The position numbers were made by a program, and so were the translations under genes. The notes under the pieces were generated by a model. That model was not told the DNA's origin and did not search any database. It saw only the letters and a program-made list of their open reading frames with translations. Shown one piece after another: positions 46,873-56,902 of a stretch of DNA of 64,000 nucleotides. Every line of letters starts with the position of its first letter. The stretch's first letter is position 1. Where the stretch lies: the NCBI GenBank assembly GCA_963736005.1, contig CAVTNB010000001.1, positions 576,001 to 640,000 on the forward strand, given 5' to 3'. The DNA comes from an uncultured Pseudomonadota bacterium (lineage in GTDB: Bacteria; Vulcanimicrobiota; Vulcanimicrobiia; Eremiobacterales; Eremiobacteraceae).

Positions 46873-48146
46873 CGAACGTGGGCGGGAATGGCAACGGGCG
46901 CGCCGGGCCGCACGATGATTTGCATGCGCTCGGGCCCGACGGAAACATACGAAACGGGAACGCCCGCGAAGCTCTCGATGAGCCCGATGTACTCGCGCGC
47001 GTTATACGGGAGATCATCCCACGAGTGGGCGCTAACGGTTGGCTTGAGCCATCCCGGCACCGTTTCGTAGATGGGCGTCGCACCGCGGGCAATCACGAAC
47101 GGCCACGATCCTTCGCTTGGGTTGTCATAGCCCGTGCACACCGAAATTTGGTAGAAGGTGTCGAGGACGTCAAGCTTTGTAAGGGCAAGGTGGGTGATGC
47201 CGCTGATCTGCACAGCATAGCGCAGCGCGACGAGATCAAGCCATCCGCAGCGGCGCGGCCGCCCTGTGACGACGCCAAACTCTGCGCCACGCTTTCGCAA
47301 TTCTTCGCCTTGCTGATCTTGCAGTTCCGTTGGCAACGGCCCACCGCCCACTCGCGTTTGGTACGCTTTGACAACGCCAAGAACGCAGTCCACTTCCTTG
47401 GGGCCAAAGCCGAGTCCCGAACAAGCGCCTCCCGCGATCGTCACCGATGATGTCACATATGGATAGGTGCCGAAGTTGACGTCGAGGAGTGAACCTTGCG
47501 CGCCTTCAGCAAGCACGTGCTTGCCCGCGCGAAGTTCTTCATGGAGCAACGCGACCGTGTCACGGACGTGAGGCACGATTCTCGCCGCTTGACGGGTCAG
47601 CTCGGCCACCGTGGCATCCAAGTCTAACACGATCCCGTGCGAGCGGAGTTCTTGGGTGCGGGCAAACAGCGCCTGACGAGCGCGGCGCATATCGAGGAGT
47701 TCTCCCGCGCGCATCCCGGTGCGCGCAACTCGATCGACGTATGCCGGACCGATGCCGTTGCCGGTCGTACCGAGCGCGTCTTGACCTCGCTCGCGCTCTG
47801 CCGCCTTGTCGATCTCGATGTGATACGGCAAGATCAAATGTGCCAAATCCGATACCCAGACGCGAGAGGTGTCGACCCCGTTGAATTCCAGTGTGTCCAA
47901 CTCGGCCACGAGAGCCGTCGGCGACACGACAGTTCCCGGTCCGATGATGCAGTGCTCAACTCCCGCGACCACACCGCTTGGAACAATCCGTAGTTTGTAC
48001 GTCTTGTCGGCGACGCGCACGGTGTGCCCGGCGTTTGAACCTCCGCCGAAACGCGCAACGACGCTGGCGCCGCGGGAAAGGAAGTCGACAATGCGCCCTT
48101 TGCCTTCATCACCCCATTGGACACCGAGGACAAGGGTTACCGACAT
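46869..48146 (-). CDS. purA: Adenylosuccinate synthetase
   Basis: QWGDEGKG; NAGHT; EGAQG; TGRPRRCGWLD. Confidence 0.97.
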   Translation of the reverse strand: MSVTLVLGVQWGDEGKGRIVDFLSRGASVVARFGGGSNAGHTVRVADKTYKLRIVPSGVVAGVEHCIIGPGTVVSPTALVAELDTLEFNGVDTSRVWVSDLAHLILPYHIEIDKAAERERGQDALGTTGNGIGPAYVDRVARTGMRAGELLDMRRARQALFARTQELRSHGIVLDLDATVAELTRQAARIVPHVRDTVALLHEELRAGKHVLAEGAQGSLLDVNFGTYPYVTSSVTIAGGACSGLGFGPKEVDCVLGVVKAYQTRVGGGPLPTELQDQQGEELRKRGAEFGVVTGRPRRCGWLDLVALRYAVQISGITHLALTKLDVLDTFYQISVCTGYDNPSEGSWPFVIARGATPIYETVPGWLKPTVSAHSWDDLPYNAREYIGLIESFAGVPVSYVSVGPERMQIIVRPGAPVAIPAHVR

Positions 48147-48153
48147 GCGTCGT

Positions 48154-49509
48154 TCAGGGCCGCATGGGCCAGATGGCTGCGGTCGTATTATGCAGGTTGC
48201 TTCCGCCACGGCTTGGCGGCAGGGGTGAGGTGTACCCCATCACGCGACTGAGAACGAGCTCTGCATACAGCGAACATGCCCATCCAAAATTCGAGCGGGT
48301 AAACTTGGTTGGGTCGTTTGGATCGAACGACTCATGCATCAAGTGGTCGCCTGTATCGGACGCGCGCAATTCCCCCAACACCGCGTCGACCTCTTTGGGG
48401 TCTTGCGCGGTCAGACCTTGCACGGCGAGCGCCAGCGGCCAAATGTACCCTTTCGGCGTGTGCGGGCTACCCACGCCGCTTGCAATCTTGCCTGCGAAAT
48501 AATACGGGTTGTCGCTTGAGAGCACAAAGCGCCGCGTATTCTGATAGATCGCCTGATCGGCCGGGTACTGCAAGTATGGAATTGAAAGCAAACTGGGCAC
48601 GTTTGCGTCGTCCATCAAATTGGAATGACCCAGGCCATCGACTTCGTACGCGTAGATGTACCCATACTTGGGCGTGTACACAATGCCGTAGTTGTTGATA
48701 CCATCGACGATCCCGTCGCGCAGTGCCGTCACCTCAGCTGACATTTTCCCATCGTGCCAGAGGTTTGTCTCGAGGTCCGCTAGCTCGGAAAGCGCCACCG
48801 CGGCAAACATGTTCGAGGGAATGTTGTAACCGTACAGCGCGGGATCATCGCTTGGACGGAATCCCGTCCACACCATCCCCGTGTATCCGACAGCGCTCCC
48901 AGCACCGCCGTTGGGAAGCGAGCGGTGGCGGTATTGCGAGAGCGAGTGGTCGCGCTCCAACTCCATGAGGAAGACTGCCCGTTCGTATGCCGCTTTGGTC
49001 TGTGGCGTGAACGCACTCGTGTCGCCAGTTTGCTTCCAATAGTTCCATGCCAGAACCATGGGATAGGCGAGCGAGTCGAGTTCGAATTTTTCCTCGGTGA
49101 CTTGATAGTCTCGGTTAAACGCATTAGCGTAGGGATCGATAAGGATGTTCTTTGCCTCGCGGGCAATCACGCCGCGCAACATGTCGCGGACGGCTGGATC
49201 TTGCGCGAAGAAGAGATACGGTCGCATTTGCGCGCTTGCATCGCGCAACCACATGGCCCCGATATCTCCGGTGATGACATAGGTCGTCTTGTCGGACGCA
49301 AAACTGACGTCGTAGCGGATGGTGGAAAGCAGACACTGCGAATAAATCTGCCCGGCATCCGGCGCACCCCGGTATTGCGTCGCCGCTTTCGAGATGGCAT
49401 CCAGCTCGGCTGTTTGAGCACCGCTTGGACGCAATAGGACGCAGACCGCGAGCATAAAAAAAAGCGCGGCGAGTCGCCTGTTCAACGTGTCGCTTGCCTC
49501 GATGGTCAC
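48154..49509 (-). CDS. Glycoside hydrolase family 125, exported
   Basis: ITGDIGAMWLRD; KFELDSL; FRPSDD; YAYEVDG; MDDANVPSLL. Confidence 0.92.
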   Translation of the reverse strand: MTIEASDTLNRRLAALFFMLAVCVLLRPSGAQTAELDAISKAATQYRGAPDAGQIYSQCLLSTIRYDVSFASDKTTYVITGDIGAMWLRDASAQMRPYLFFAQDPAVRDMLRGVIAREAKNILIDPYANAFNRDYQVTEEKFELDSLAYPMVLAWNYWKQTGDTSAFTPQTKAAYERAVFLMELERDHSLSQYRHRSLPNGGAGSAVGYTGMVWTGFRPSDDPALYGYNIPSNMFAAVALSELADLETNLWHDGKMSAEVTALRDGIVDGINNYGIVYTPKYGYIYAYEVDGLGHSNLMDDANVPSLLSIPYLQYPADQAIYQNTRRFVLSSDNPYYFAGKIASGVGSPHTPKGYIWPLALAVQGLTAQDPKEVDAVLGELRASDTGDHLMHESFDPNDPTKFTRSNFGWACSLYAELVLSRVMGYTSPLPPSRGGSNLHNTTAAIWPMRP

Positions 49510-49607
49510 GCGTCTTGCTTCCTCTTCCTATATGAAAGAGGTCGGCAGACGCTTGGTTGTTACTCACAAACGCTTGTTCGGTCCTGCGGGATTCTTTTTA
49601 CGGTCTT

Positions 49608-50681
49608 TTAGCCGGTGGTGGGGAGTGTGACGGTGATCCGGTTTGGTCGTCCCTTGGCGACAGCCAGCTTGCCACCATGTGCTTCGATGACAACTTTTGA
49701 GATCGCAAGACCGAGTCCAACTCTTCCATCGAACCCTCGGCTAAACGGCCGCCCAAGCGCCTGCCGCAGGGCCGGCGGAAAACCAGTGCCCCGATCCGCA
49801 ATCGTGATCGTGCAGGCTGTTTGGTCGGCCCGCACGTTCACCCTCACGATACTCTTGGGAGGCGCGTGGCGCACCGCGTTGTCTAATAGATTAAGGAACA
49901 CTTGAAGGCAGCGGTTTCGATCGGCCGTGACCGACCCTTGCCCCGCAATGGTTATGGAAATCTCTTTGGCACGCGCGATATCCGCTATGGACTCGGTCGC
50001 CTTGCGGATGAGAGGAGCGACATCAAAGGACTCGCGCCGCAAGTGCAGATGGCCGGCCGTCCACGCACCGATGTCGATCAACCCTTCAGCGAGTTGGGTG
50101 AGCCGACGAGACTCCTCGATGATGATTTCGATGGATCGCGCTCGTCCTACCTCATCCAGCTGCGCGCCTTGAAGGCGCTCGGCAAACCCCACGATCGCCG
50201 TGAGTGGCGTGCGCAGCTCGTGGGTGACGGCGGCCAGCACGATAGCGCGCTGCTCCTCAATCCGCGCAACAACGGCCGCACCGCGCACAGCTTGGCGCAG
50301 GGCAAAAAGCGGCGACTGTCCGTCGAGTTCGAGCACGGTCCATCCGCATCGCACGGCGCGCTCTTCTTTCAGGGGGCTCGCGTCTTTCCTTTCCCGATCG
50401 CGCCTTACGTCAAGTGCACGCTCGACTGCCCGGCGAAGTCGTTCGGCGGCGAGCCCAAGATCAGCATCCGCGATCAGTGCCTTGCGCCGCCGAGCCTGCG
50501 CGACGAGCAGGGCGATGAACCACTGTGCGCCCGTGCCGGCTGCGGCAAGATCTTCCTTGCGAAGCACAGTCCCCAAAGATGCTCTCAACGCTGCTGCGAT
50601 GGCCCGCTTGTTCTGGGCTTGGCGTGCTCTGGCCGGGGCTCCCTTCCTGCTTTGCGAGCTCGCAAATTCGATGTAGAGCAA
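49608..50681 (-). CDS. Soluble sensor histidine kinase with degenerate GGDEF-like N-domain; true start probably upstream (possibly ATA 50777)
   Basis: THELRTPL; NLLDNA; DRGTG; GLGLAI. Confidence 0.88.
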   Translation of the reverse strand: MLYIEFASSQSRKGAPARARQAQNKRAIAAALRASLGTVLRKEDLAAAGTGAQWFIALLVAQARRRKALIADADLGLAAERLRRAVERALDVRRDRERKDASPLKEERAVRCGWTVLELDGQSPLFALRQAVRGAAVVARIEEQRAIVLAAVTHELRTPLTAIVGFAERLQGAQLDEVGRARSIEIIIEESRRLTQLAEGLIDIGAWTAGHLHLRRESFDVAPLIRKATESIADIARAKEISITIAGQGSVTADRNRCLQVFLNLLDNAVRHAPPKSIVRVNVRADQTACTITIADRGTGFPPALRQALGRPFSRGFDGRVGLGLAISKVVIEAHGGKLAVAKGRPNRITVTLPTTG

Positions 50682-50773
50682 AGGGACCGCCGGACGCGAG
50701 CGCGCGAGTGGCTTCAGGCGAGCAGCAACGTCGCCGAGGTCAGGTAAGCGCGAGGCGAGATTACGTCGGTTCG

Positions 50774-51487
50774 CTATTTTGGCGCGGTGAATTTGTATCC
50801 CAGCCCGTGAATCGTGTGGAGATAGCGCGGGTGCGTCGCTGGGTCCCCAAGCGCGCGTCGAATCCTGCGCACGTGCACGTCAACCGTACGCGGATCGCCT
50901 TCGAAGTCAAAACCCCAGACGGCTTCGATAAGCTGGTCGCGCGTGAAAACATGCCCCTCGTTGCGCGCAAACAACCACAGGAGATCGAACTCTCGAGGTT
51001 TGAGACGGATACCTCGACCGGAGATCGTCACTTCGCGCCGGTCGGCATCAACGCTCACCTCTCCGATGCACCTGACTTTGGCGGGCGATGGTGGTTCGAC
51101 GCCCGTCCGCCGAAGAATGGCTCTCACCCGAGCTGTGAACTCGCGCGGTGAGAATGGCTTGCTGAGGTAATCATCCGCACCGATCTCAAGACCGACAATC
51201 TTGTCCACCTCATCGCCTCGCGCCGAGACGACGATAATTGGCGCCGAGGTCTCTTTGCGCAGCGCGCGGCAGACCTCAAATCCGTCGAGTCCCGGGAGAC
51301 CAATGTCGAGCACGATGACGTCGGGTCCATATTGGCGAGCACGCCGCAGTGCGGCCAAGCCGTCAGCTGCGACAACCGGCGTGAATCCTTCGGCTGCAAG
51401 CGCAGCACTCAACAGCTCGGCAACGTGCGGTTCGTCGTCGACGATGAGCGCGCACCCTCGCGCGCCGACCTTCGTTGTTGTGCTCAT
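50774..51487 (-). CDS. OmpR-family response regulator
   Basis: VDDE; LDIGLP; GADDYLSKPFS; RTVDVHVRRIR. Confidence 0.95.
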   Translation of the reverse strand: MSTTTKVGARGCALIVDDEPHVAELLSAALAAEGFTPVVAADGLAALRRARQYGPDVIVLDIGLPGLDGFEVCRALRKETSAPIIVVSARGDEVDKIVGLEIGADDYLSKPFSPREFTARVRAILRRTGVEPPSPAKVRCIGEVSVDADRREVTISGRGIRLKPREFDLLWLFARNEGHVFTRDQLIEAVWGFDFEGDPRTVDVHVRRIRRALGDPATHPRYLHTIHGLGYKFTAPK

Positions 51488-52272
51488 GCTTTGCGTGCGG
51501 CAATCGCCGCCATGAGGGGACCGCCAGCGCCGTTACGCCGATATGAATGGAAGATCGCAGCGTTGCAGCGCGTGCACGCCGTGGCCGTAAAAATTTCTTC
51601 GTCGCGCACGCCGGCTACGATCAGCTGCTCGCAGATCACGGCCGCGAGGTCCAAAGCGAAGCTATCGCTTCGTTGACGCTGCGTAACGAGACGGCTCGCC
51701 GGCAAGAGCGCGCTCGGCCACCTCGAAAACTGCTCGGCGACCTCCGGTCCAACTTCAAAGCAACATGATTGCAGATGTGGACCGATGGCGACCACTAATT
51801 CGGCCGGGTCGCTCCCGTTGCGGCGCAATGCCTCAACCCCGCTTTGAATGATGCCGGCAGCGGCTCCCCGCCATCCGACGTGGAGCAATGCAAATCTTTG
51901 GCTCGCCGTGTCGACCAGCCACACCGGCGCGCAGTCTGCGGCCTTGATGCCCAAGACCTGATCCGGCGCGTCAGACCACATCCCATCTGCTTGCGCATCT
52001 GCGGCGAGCGGCGGAACTCTCAAGACGGCAGTGCCGTGCACCTGATGAACGCGCGCGTAAGGCCCGTCAGAAAGGACGTTCCATCGATGCAGCCAGTTGC
52101 TAACCTCCGATTCGCTCCTCGCGTTGACGGATTTTGGACTCATCATCCCCAAGACGCCAGCGCTTTGGACGTGCGGCGCCAGAACGGCGCATTCGCCGTC
52201 CTGGCGCTCGACCAAAATGAATCCGCCACCGAGCTCTGTCGCCCCGGCCATGTTGCGGGGCTGCGCGCTCAT
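51484..52272 (-). CDS. pgeF: PgeF/YfiH family protein
   Basis: QVHG; ADCAPV; HVGWRG; CCFEVG; HSYRR. Confidence 0.9.
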   Translation of the reverse strand: MSAQPRNMAGATELGGGFILVERQDGECAVLAPHVQSAGVLGMMSPKSVNARSESEVSNWLHRWNVLSDGPYARVHQVHGTAVLRVPPLAADAQADGMWSDAPDQVLGIKAADCAPVWLVDTASQRFALLHVGWRGAAAGIIQSGVEALRRNGSDPAELVVAIGPHLQSCCFEVGPEVAEQFSRWPSALLPASRLVTQRQRSDSFALDLAAVICEQLIVAGVRDEEIFTATACTRCNAAIFHSYRRNGAGGPLMAAIAARKA

Positions 52273-52772
52273 CGCATCTCCTCAAGGCCGCCGATCGCAG
52301 CACCCTCTTGCGCGCGGCGGCGCAGTGCGCGGGCCACGACGGGTGGCGTATATCCCAAGTTGACGAGCCGGCGAGCCAGCCGATCGAATCGCTCGCCGGG
52401 CCGACTGGCCTCGAGCTTGCGGATAGCACGTTCGAGGCGCTCTTCTTCACCGGCATCTGTTTCTTCCACGACTTCGCGGGCTAAATCTCCGTCGATACCT
52501 TGCTTGATGAGATCGCGCAAGAGGCGCATCCGGCCAACCGGCTTCTTCTCAATTGCGCTCGTGACATAGAGCTGCGCGAAGGTGCGGTCGTCGAGGTATT
52601 TCCTTCGTTCGCACTCATCGACGGCTTCGCGAACTACGTCAGTCGCGAAACCTCGATCGCGAAGTTTCTTCCCCAGCTGCATTTTCGAGAGCCGCTTAGC
52701 CGCGAGCAGGCGCAGCGCCGTTAGGAAAACGGGCTTAGCTAGGCCGTACGGGCTGCCCTCGAACGCGGGCAC
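52269..52772 (-). CDS. recX: RecX
   Basis: ALRLLA...YLDDRTFA; downstream of recA. Confidence 0.88.
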   Translation of the reverse strand: MPAFEGSPYGLAKPVFLTALRLLAAKRLSKMQLGKKLRDRGFATDVVREAVDECERRKYLDDRTFAQLYVTSAIEKKPVGRMRLLRDLIKQGIDGDLAREVVEETDAGEEERLERAIRKLEASRPGERFDRLARRLVNLGYTPPVVARALRRRAQEGAAIGGLEEMR

Positions 52773-52781
52773 TGCGGACTC

Positions 52782-53825
52782 CTAATCTGAGACGACTGCG
52801 TAACGGGGCGAGCCATTTTCAGCCGGGCCACCTTGACGGACAAAACTTGCTCGCAATTTCTCTTCGATGGCATCGGCGATTTCTGGATGTTCTTCCAAGT
52901 ACGTCTTCGCGTTCTCGCGACCCTGGCCAATGCGCGTATCCCCATACGTGTACCAAGAACCGCTCTTCCCCACGATCTCGTGCTTGAGACCGAGATCGAT
53001 AAGGTCGCCGCTGCGGCTGATGCCCTTGCCGTACATAATGTCAAACTCGGCAACCTGGAAGGGAGGTGCCACTTTGTTCTTGACGACCTTGACCCGCGTG
53101 CGCGAGCCGATAGGGTCTGTGCCGCCTTTGATCTGCTCGAGCTTGCGGATGTCGAGCCGCACGGATGCGTAGAACTTCAGAGCCCTACCCCCGCTCGTGG
53201 TTTCGGGATTGCCGAACATGACGCCAATCTTCTCGCGGATTTGGTTGATGAAGATCATGGTCGTCCGCGACTTGCTGATGGCCGCAGTCAGCTTGCGGAG
53301 CGCCTGCGACATCAGCCGCGCCTGGAGACCGACGTGCGCATCACCCATATCGCCTTCGATTTCGGCTTTAGGAACGAGCGCCGCCACCGAGTCGACCACG
53401 ACGATGTCGACGGCATTCGAACGGACCAGCATCTCTGCAATATCCAGGGCCTGTTCGCCCGTGTCGGGCTGTGAGATGAGCAAATTGTCGAGATCCACCC
53501 CGAGGTTGCGCGCATATGCAGGGTCGAGTGCATGCTCGACGTCGATGAATGCCGCAACGCCGCCTGCCTTTTGCGCCTCGGCGATGACATGCAGGGTCAG
53601 CGTGGTCTTACCGGATGATTCTGGGCCGTAAATTTCGACAACTCGGCCGCGAGGCAGTCCACCGACGCCGAGAGCAACATCCAGCGAGATGGAGCCTGTG
53701 GAAATAACTTCAATCTGGAGATTTGCGGCGGCCTCGCCGAGCTTCATGATGGAGCCTTTGCCGAATTGGCGCTCGATTTGTGCCAAGGCGGCCTCTAACG
53801 CTTTGTCCTTCTCTTTATCCGACAA
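52782..53825 (-). CDS. recA: Recombinase RecA
   Basis: [18 protein letters not shown] at 53825 with GAGGAG SD. Confidence 0.98.
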   Translation of the reverse strand: MSDKEKDKALEAALAQIERQFGKGSIMKLGEAAANLQIEVISTGSISLDVALGVGGLPRGRVVEIYGPESSGKTTLTLHVIAEAQKAGGVAAFIDVEHALDPAYARNLGVDLDNLLISQPDTGEQALDIAEMLVRSNAVDIVVVDSVAALVPKAEIEGDMGDAHVGLQARLMSQALRKLTAAISKSRTTMIFINQIREKIGVMFGNPETTSGGRALKFYASVRLDIRKLEQIKGGTDPIGSRTRVKVVKNKVAPPFQVAEFDIMYGKGISRSGDLIDLGLKHEIVGKSGSWYTYGDTRIGQGRENAKTYLEEHPEIADAIEEKLRASFVRQGGPAENGSPRYAVVSD

Positions 53826-53870
53826 CGCTGATCTCCTCAATTAAGCGTGGGCGACTTGTCCCTTAAGTTG

Positions 53871-53895
53871 GGGCGATTTGCCAATCGCCGCCTAC
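53871..53895 (-). repeat. GTAG-type REP-like palindrome, family 1
   Basis: GTAG-GCGG-CGATTGGCAAATCG-CCC just after the ftsY stop. Confidence 0.7.
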
Positions 53896-53902
53896 AAGGT
53901 CA

Positions 53903-54811
53903 TTAAAAGAGGGCCTCGACATACCCTCGCGGATCGAACGGCCGTAGTTGATCGACCTTCTCCCCAAACCCAACGTATTTCACCGGTAGATCTACTTGGT
54001 CCATAATCGCGATGATTATCCCGCCTTTTGCCGTCCCGTCTAGTTTCGTGAGCACGATGCCGGTGAGTTCAATCGCCTCGTGAAAAAGTCGCGCCTGCGA
54101 CAGGGCATTCTGGCCCGTCGAGGCGTCGAGCACAAGAAGCGTCTCGTCTGGCGCGCCCTGCACCTCGCGCGCAATGATCCGGCGAATCTTCTTCAGCTCT
54201 TCCATAAGGTTGTGGTTGGTTTGGAGCCGGCCCGCCGTGTCGATGAAGACGACATCTGTGCCTCGGGACTTTGCAGCGGCCAGGCCATCGAAGACGACCG
54301 CCGCCGGGTCGGCTCCTTCCTTGTGGCGGATAATCTCTGCGCCGGCTCGTTGCGCCCAGATGGCCAGTTGGTCTGCGGCTGCGGCGCGAAACGTGTCTGC
54401 AGCAACGAGAAGCACGGAATGGCCGCGCTGCCGCTCTTGTGCAGCCAGTTTGCCTATGGTGGTCGTCTTGCCCGAACCATTGACCCCAACGACGAGCACG
54501 ACGTGCGGTTTGCGCTGACGCTGGACCGCTTCTATCTTCGGGTGCTTGAGATAGTCACCCACGTCGGCCTTGAAAACCCGGATGACATCGCCCGCGACTT
54601 TCAGGTTTTGCTGCTGGGCCGCGATTTTGAGCTGCCCGACGATCTTTTCCGTCGTCGAGATCCCAAAATCAGCCCCAATAAGCGTCTCTTCTAGCCCAAT
54701 CCAAAACTCATCGTCCACGAGCTGGCGCCCGAGCAGAGCATTCAGATGGCCGGCGAGGTTGTTTCGGGTTTTTGCCAAGCCGTCGCGAAAAGAGGCGAGC
54801 CACTGCTGCAT
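53903..54811 (-). CDS. ftsY: SRP receptor FtsY
   Basis: GVNGSGKTTT; DTFRAAA; DTAGR; TKLDGTAKGG. Confidence 0.96.
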   Translation of the reverse strand: MQQWLASFRDGLAKTRNNLAGHLNALLGRQLVDDEFWIGLEETLIGADFGISTTEKIVGQLKIAAQQQNLKVAGDVIRVFKADVGDYLKHPKIEAVQRQRKPHVVLVVGVNGSGKTTTIGKLAAQERQRGHSVLLVAADTFRAAAADQLAIWAQRAGAEIIRHKEGADPAAVVFDGLAAAKSRGTDVVFIDTAGRLQTNHNLMEELKKIRRIIAREVQGAPDETLLVLDASTGQNALSQARLFHEAIELTGIVLTKLDGTAKGGIIIAIMDQVDLPVKYVGFGEKVDQLRPFDPRGYVEALF

Positions 54812-54881
54812 GGGCCCGCCAATTCGGGGAGGCTAGCCCTTCGCCCCCTCGGTTGGAATGCGAGAGATCGTGTGACGAAGT

Positions 54882-55757
54882 TTAGCCGGAAGCGGCGCGC
54901 GGTGTGTGGTGATGCGGGTGACTTGCAGGCGACGGATGAGGAGTTTGCGGTTTCTTGCGCACGTACTTTTGCTTGATCGTTGGGTCGCCTTCACGGTATC
55001 CCATGTCCATTTGCAGCACTCGGAGTTTCGAGCGGAGGCGGATGACAGCTTGCGCATGGATTTGGGAAACGCGTGATTCCGAAACTTCCAAAACGTTCTT
55101 GATTTCCTTGAGCGTCAGTCCCTCAAAATAATACAGCGAAATGACCGTGCGTTCTTGGGGAGGCAGGCTTTCGACTGCCTGTGCCAGCGTGCTCTTGACC
55201 TCGGTCGATTCCAAGACATGGGTGGCGTCCGGTCCGTGGTCGCGCAGCGTATCGAGCAGGGCAACGTCATGGCCCTTTTCATTCGGTAAGAATTCTTCGA
55301 GCGATAAAATGGCCGTTCCGCGGATTTTGAGCAAGAGCGTGTGATACTCTTTGAGACTTACCCCAAGCGCTCTTGAGACTTCTTCATCATCGGGCACGCG
55401 GGAGAGTTTATTCTCGAGGTCGACAAAAACGCGCTCGAGCTCCCGCGCTTTCTGCCTCACCGCTCGCGGTACCCAATCGAGCGCTCGCAATGCGTCGAGA
55501 ATAGATCCATTGATGCGAGTGATGGCATAGGTTTCAAACTTCACGCCGCGCGAATCGTCGTACTTGCCGATGGCGTCGATCAGGCCGAGAATGCCCTCGT
55601 TGATGAGATCGTCGATCTCAACATGAGGCGGGAGATTGACGGAGATTCGTCCGGCGACGTACTTGACCAGGTGCAAGTACTTATGGATGATCTCTTCGCG
55701 GCTGAGCGGCACGCCGCCAATCACGCACAGGTCTTGCGGCTTTGCGCGCATCGTCAT
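54882..55757 (-). CDS. fliA: FliA/WhiG-family sigma-28 factor
   Basis: KFETYA..RI.G.ILDALRALDWVPR; VSESRVSQIH. Confidence 0.92.
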   Translation of the reverse strand: MTMRAKPQDLCVIGGVPLSREEIIHKYLHLVKYVAGRISVNLPPHVEIDDLINEGILGLIDAIGKYDDSRGVKFETYAITRINGSILDALRALDWVPRAVRQKARELERVFVDLENKLSRVPDDEEVSRALGVSLKEYHTLLLKIRGTAILSLEEFLPNEKGHDVALLDTLRDHGPDATHVLESTEVKSTLAQAVESLPPQERTVISLYYFEGLTLKEIKNVLEVSESRVSQIHAQAVIRLRSKLRVLQMDMGYREGDPTIKQKYVRKKPQTPHPSPASHPHHHTPRAASG

Positions 55758-56008
55758 CGATTGCCGCGCGCAGGCGTGACCGTCTTCGCCCGCGGACCTT
55801 TAAAAGACCGAGACTTCATGAGATCGGTGACGGCTTCGCGTCGAAATCGGTACTGACCGCCGGGCGTCTTGATGGCGTCGAGCAGACCTTCGCGCGCCCA
55901 GCGACGGATGGCGGCGTCGGTCATGTTGAGCGCACGGGCAACTTCTCCTGAAGTAACCCAGGATTTTTCGGATCGTTCCATCCTCGAGCTGCGCCGACGA
56001 GCGGCCAT
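55754..56008 (-). CDS. BldC/excisionase-like small MerR-type HTH protein
   Basis: VTSGEVA...IRRWAREGLL...KTPGGQYRF; ATGA overlap with the sigma gene. Confidence 0.8.
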   Translation of the reverse strand: MAARRRSSRMERSEKSWVTSGEVARALNMTDAAIRRWAREGLLDAIKTPGGQYRFRREAVTDLMKSRSFKGPRAKTVTPARGNR

Positions 56009-56160
56009 ACTCTGCGCTCCTCTATGGGAACACTAAGAACCGCATGCATCATCATAGACGACAAAGCAACGACTCCTGACGCGCTCCCCGCGCCAGGCGC
56101 CGCTTTTTATCCATAATTACGGTTTTACCCTTTTTTCTGTTCTAGCCGATATTAGGCTTT

Positions 56161-56805
56161 TTATCGGCTGTCTGCGCCAACCTTAAGGCCCGGGCTTTGG
56201 GCTGTTGCCCCGCTTGCAGCCTCGGTCCAAAAGATGCAACGAACCTCGCCAAATGTGACCTGGTCGCCGTCTCGCAGAAGGGTTTGGGCGTGGGGTTGAA
56301 GCCGCTGTATGCCGTTCAGATACGTCCCGTTGACGCTTTCCAGGTCCTCCACCACGAAGCCACCGCGCTTGCGCAAGACAAAGGCGTGGCGGCGGGAAAC
56401 GAGCCTATTTGGGTCCACGTCCGTGAAATCGACGTCGGGCGCGACGCCATCTGCCGGGGAGCACCGCCCGATGAGGGCAGCATCCTTGTCAATCCAAAAC
56501 TCGGCGATGCCGCCGTTGCCCACTTCAACGATCAACTGTGCTCGGGCGGCCGCTGGGACGAGCCGCCGGGTAACGTCTGCATCGACGTCCGCCAGGGTTT
56601 CCGGCAGCTCTTCGCCGCAAACTTTACAGAATGTATTGCCCGCCTCGTTGCGGGCAAAGCAGCGCTCGCAGACCCGCGACCCTCGCAATTCGCGGCTCAG
56701 CGCTGACCGGCGCGAACTGGCTTCTTGCGCTTCCTGGCTCTTGCTCTGCAAAGTCTTGCTCACCATGCGACAGTCCCGATGTGGAGTTTGCTCATATACT
56801 AGCAT
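56161..56805 (-). CDS. Zinc-ribbon + FHA domain protein
   Basis: CERC...FCKVCG; IGR...VSRRHA...DLESVNGTYLNG. Confidence 0.88.
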   Translation of the reverse strand: MLVYEQTPHRDCRMVSKTLQSKSQEAQEASSRRSALSRELRGSRVCERCFARNEAGNTFCKVCGEELPETLADVDADVTRRLVPAAARAQLIVEVGNGGIAEFWIDKDAALIGRCSPADGVAPDVDFTDVDPNRLVSRRHAFVLRKRGGFVVEDLESVNGTYLNGIQRLQPHAQTLLRDGDQVTFGEVRCIFWTEAASGATAQSPGLKVGADSR

Positions 56806-56870
56806 GCAGTCGCATATGCGGCGGTGACGGGTGGCACTAAGGATTGACGTCTAATCTGCTGACGCGAATG

Positions 56871-56895
56871 GAGCGATTTTCCAATCGCCCCCCAC
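56871..56895 (-). repeat. REP-like palindrome, family 1
   Basis: GTGG-GGGG-CGATTGGAAAATCG-CTC just after the stop at 56903. Confidence 0.7.
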
Positions 56896-56902
56896 AGTCG
56901 CC

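Noticed and set aside
53841..53884. Imperfect 22-bp tandem repeat upstream of recA as a novel SOS operator
   Set aside because: Only about 15/22 identical and the second unit overlaps the REP-like element; no recognisable LexA box
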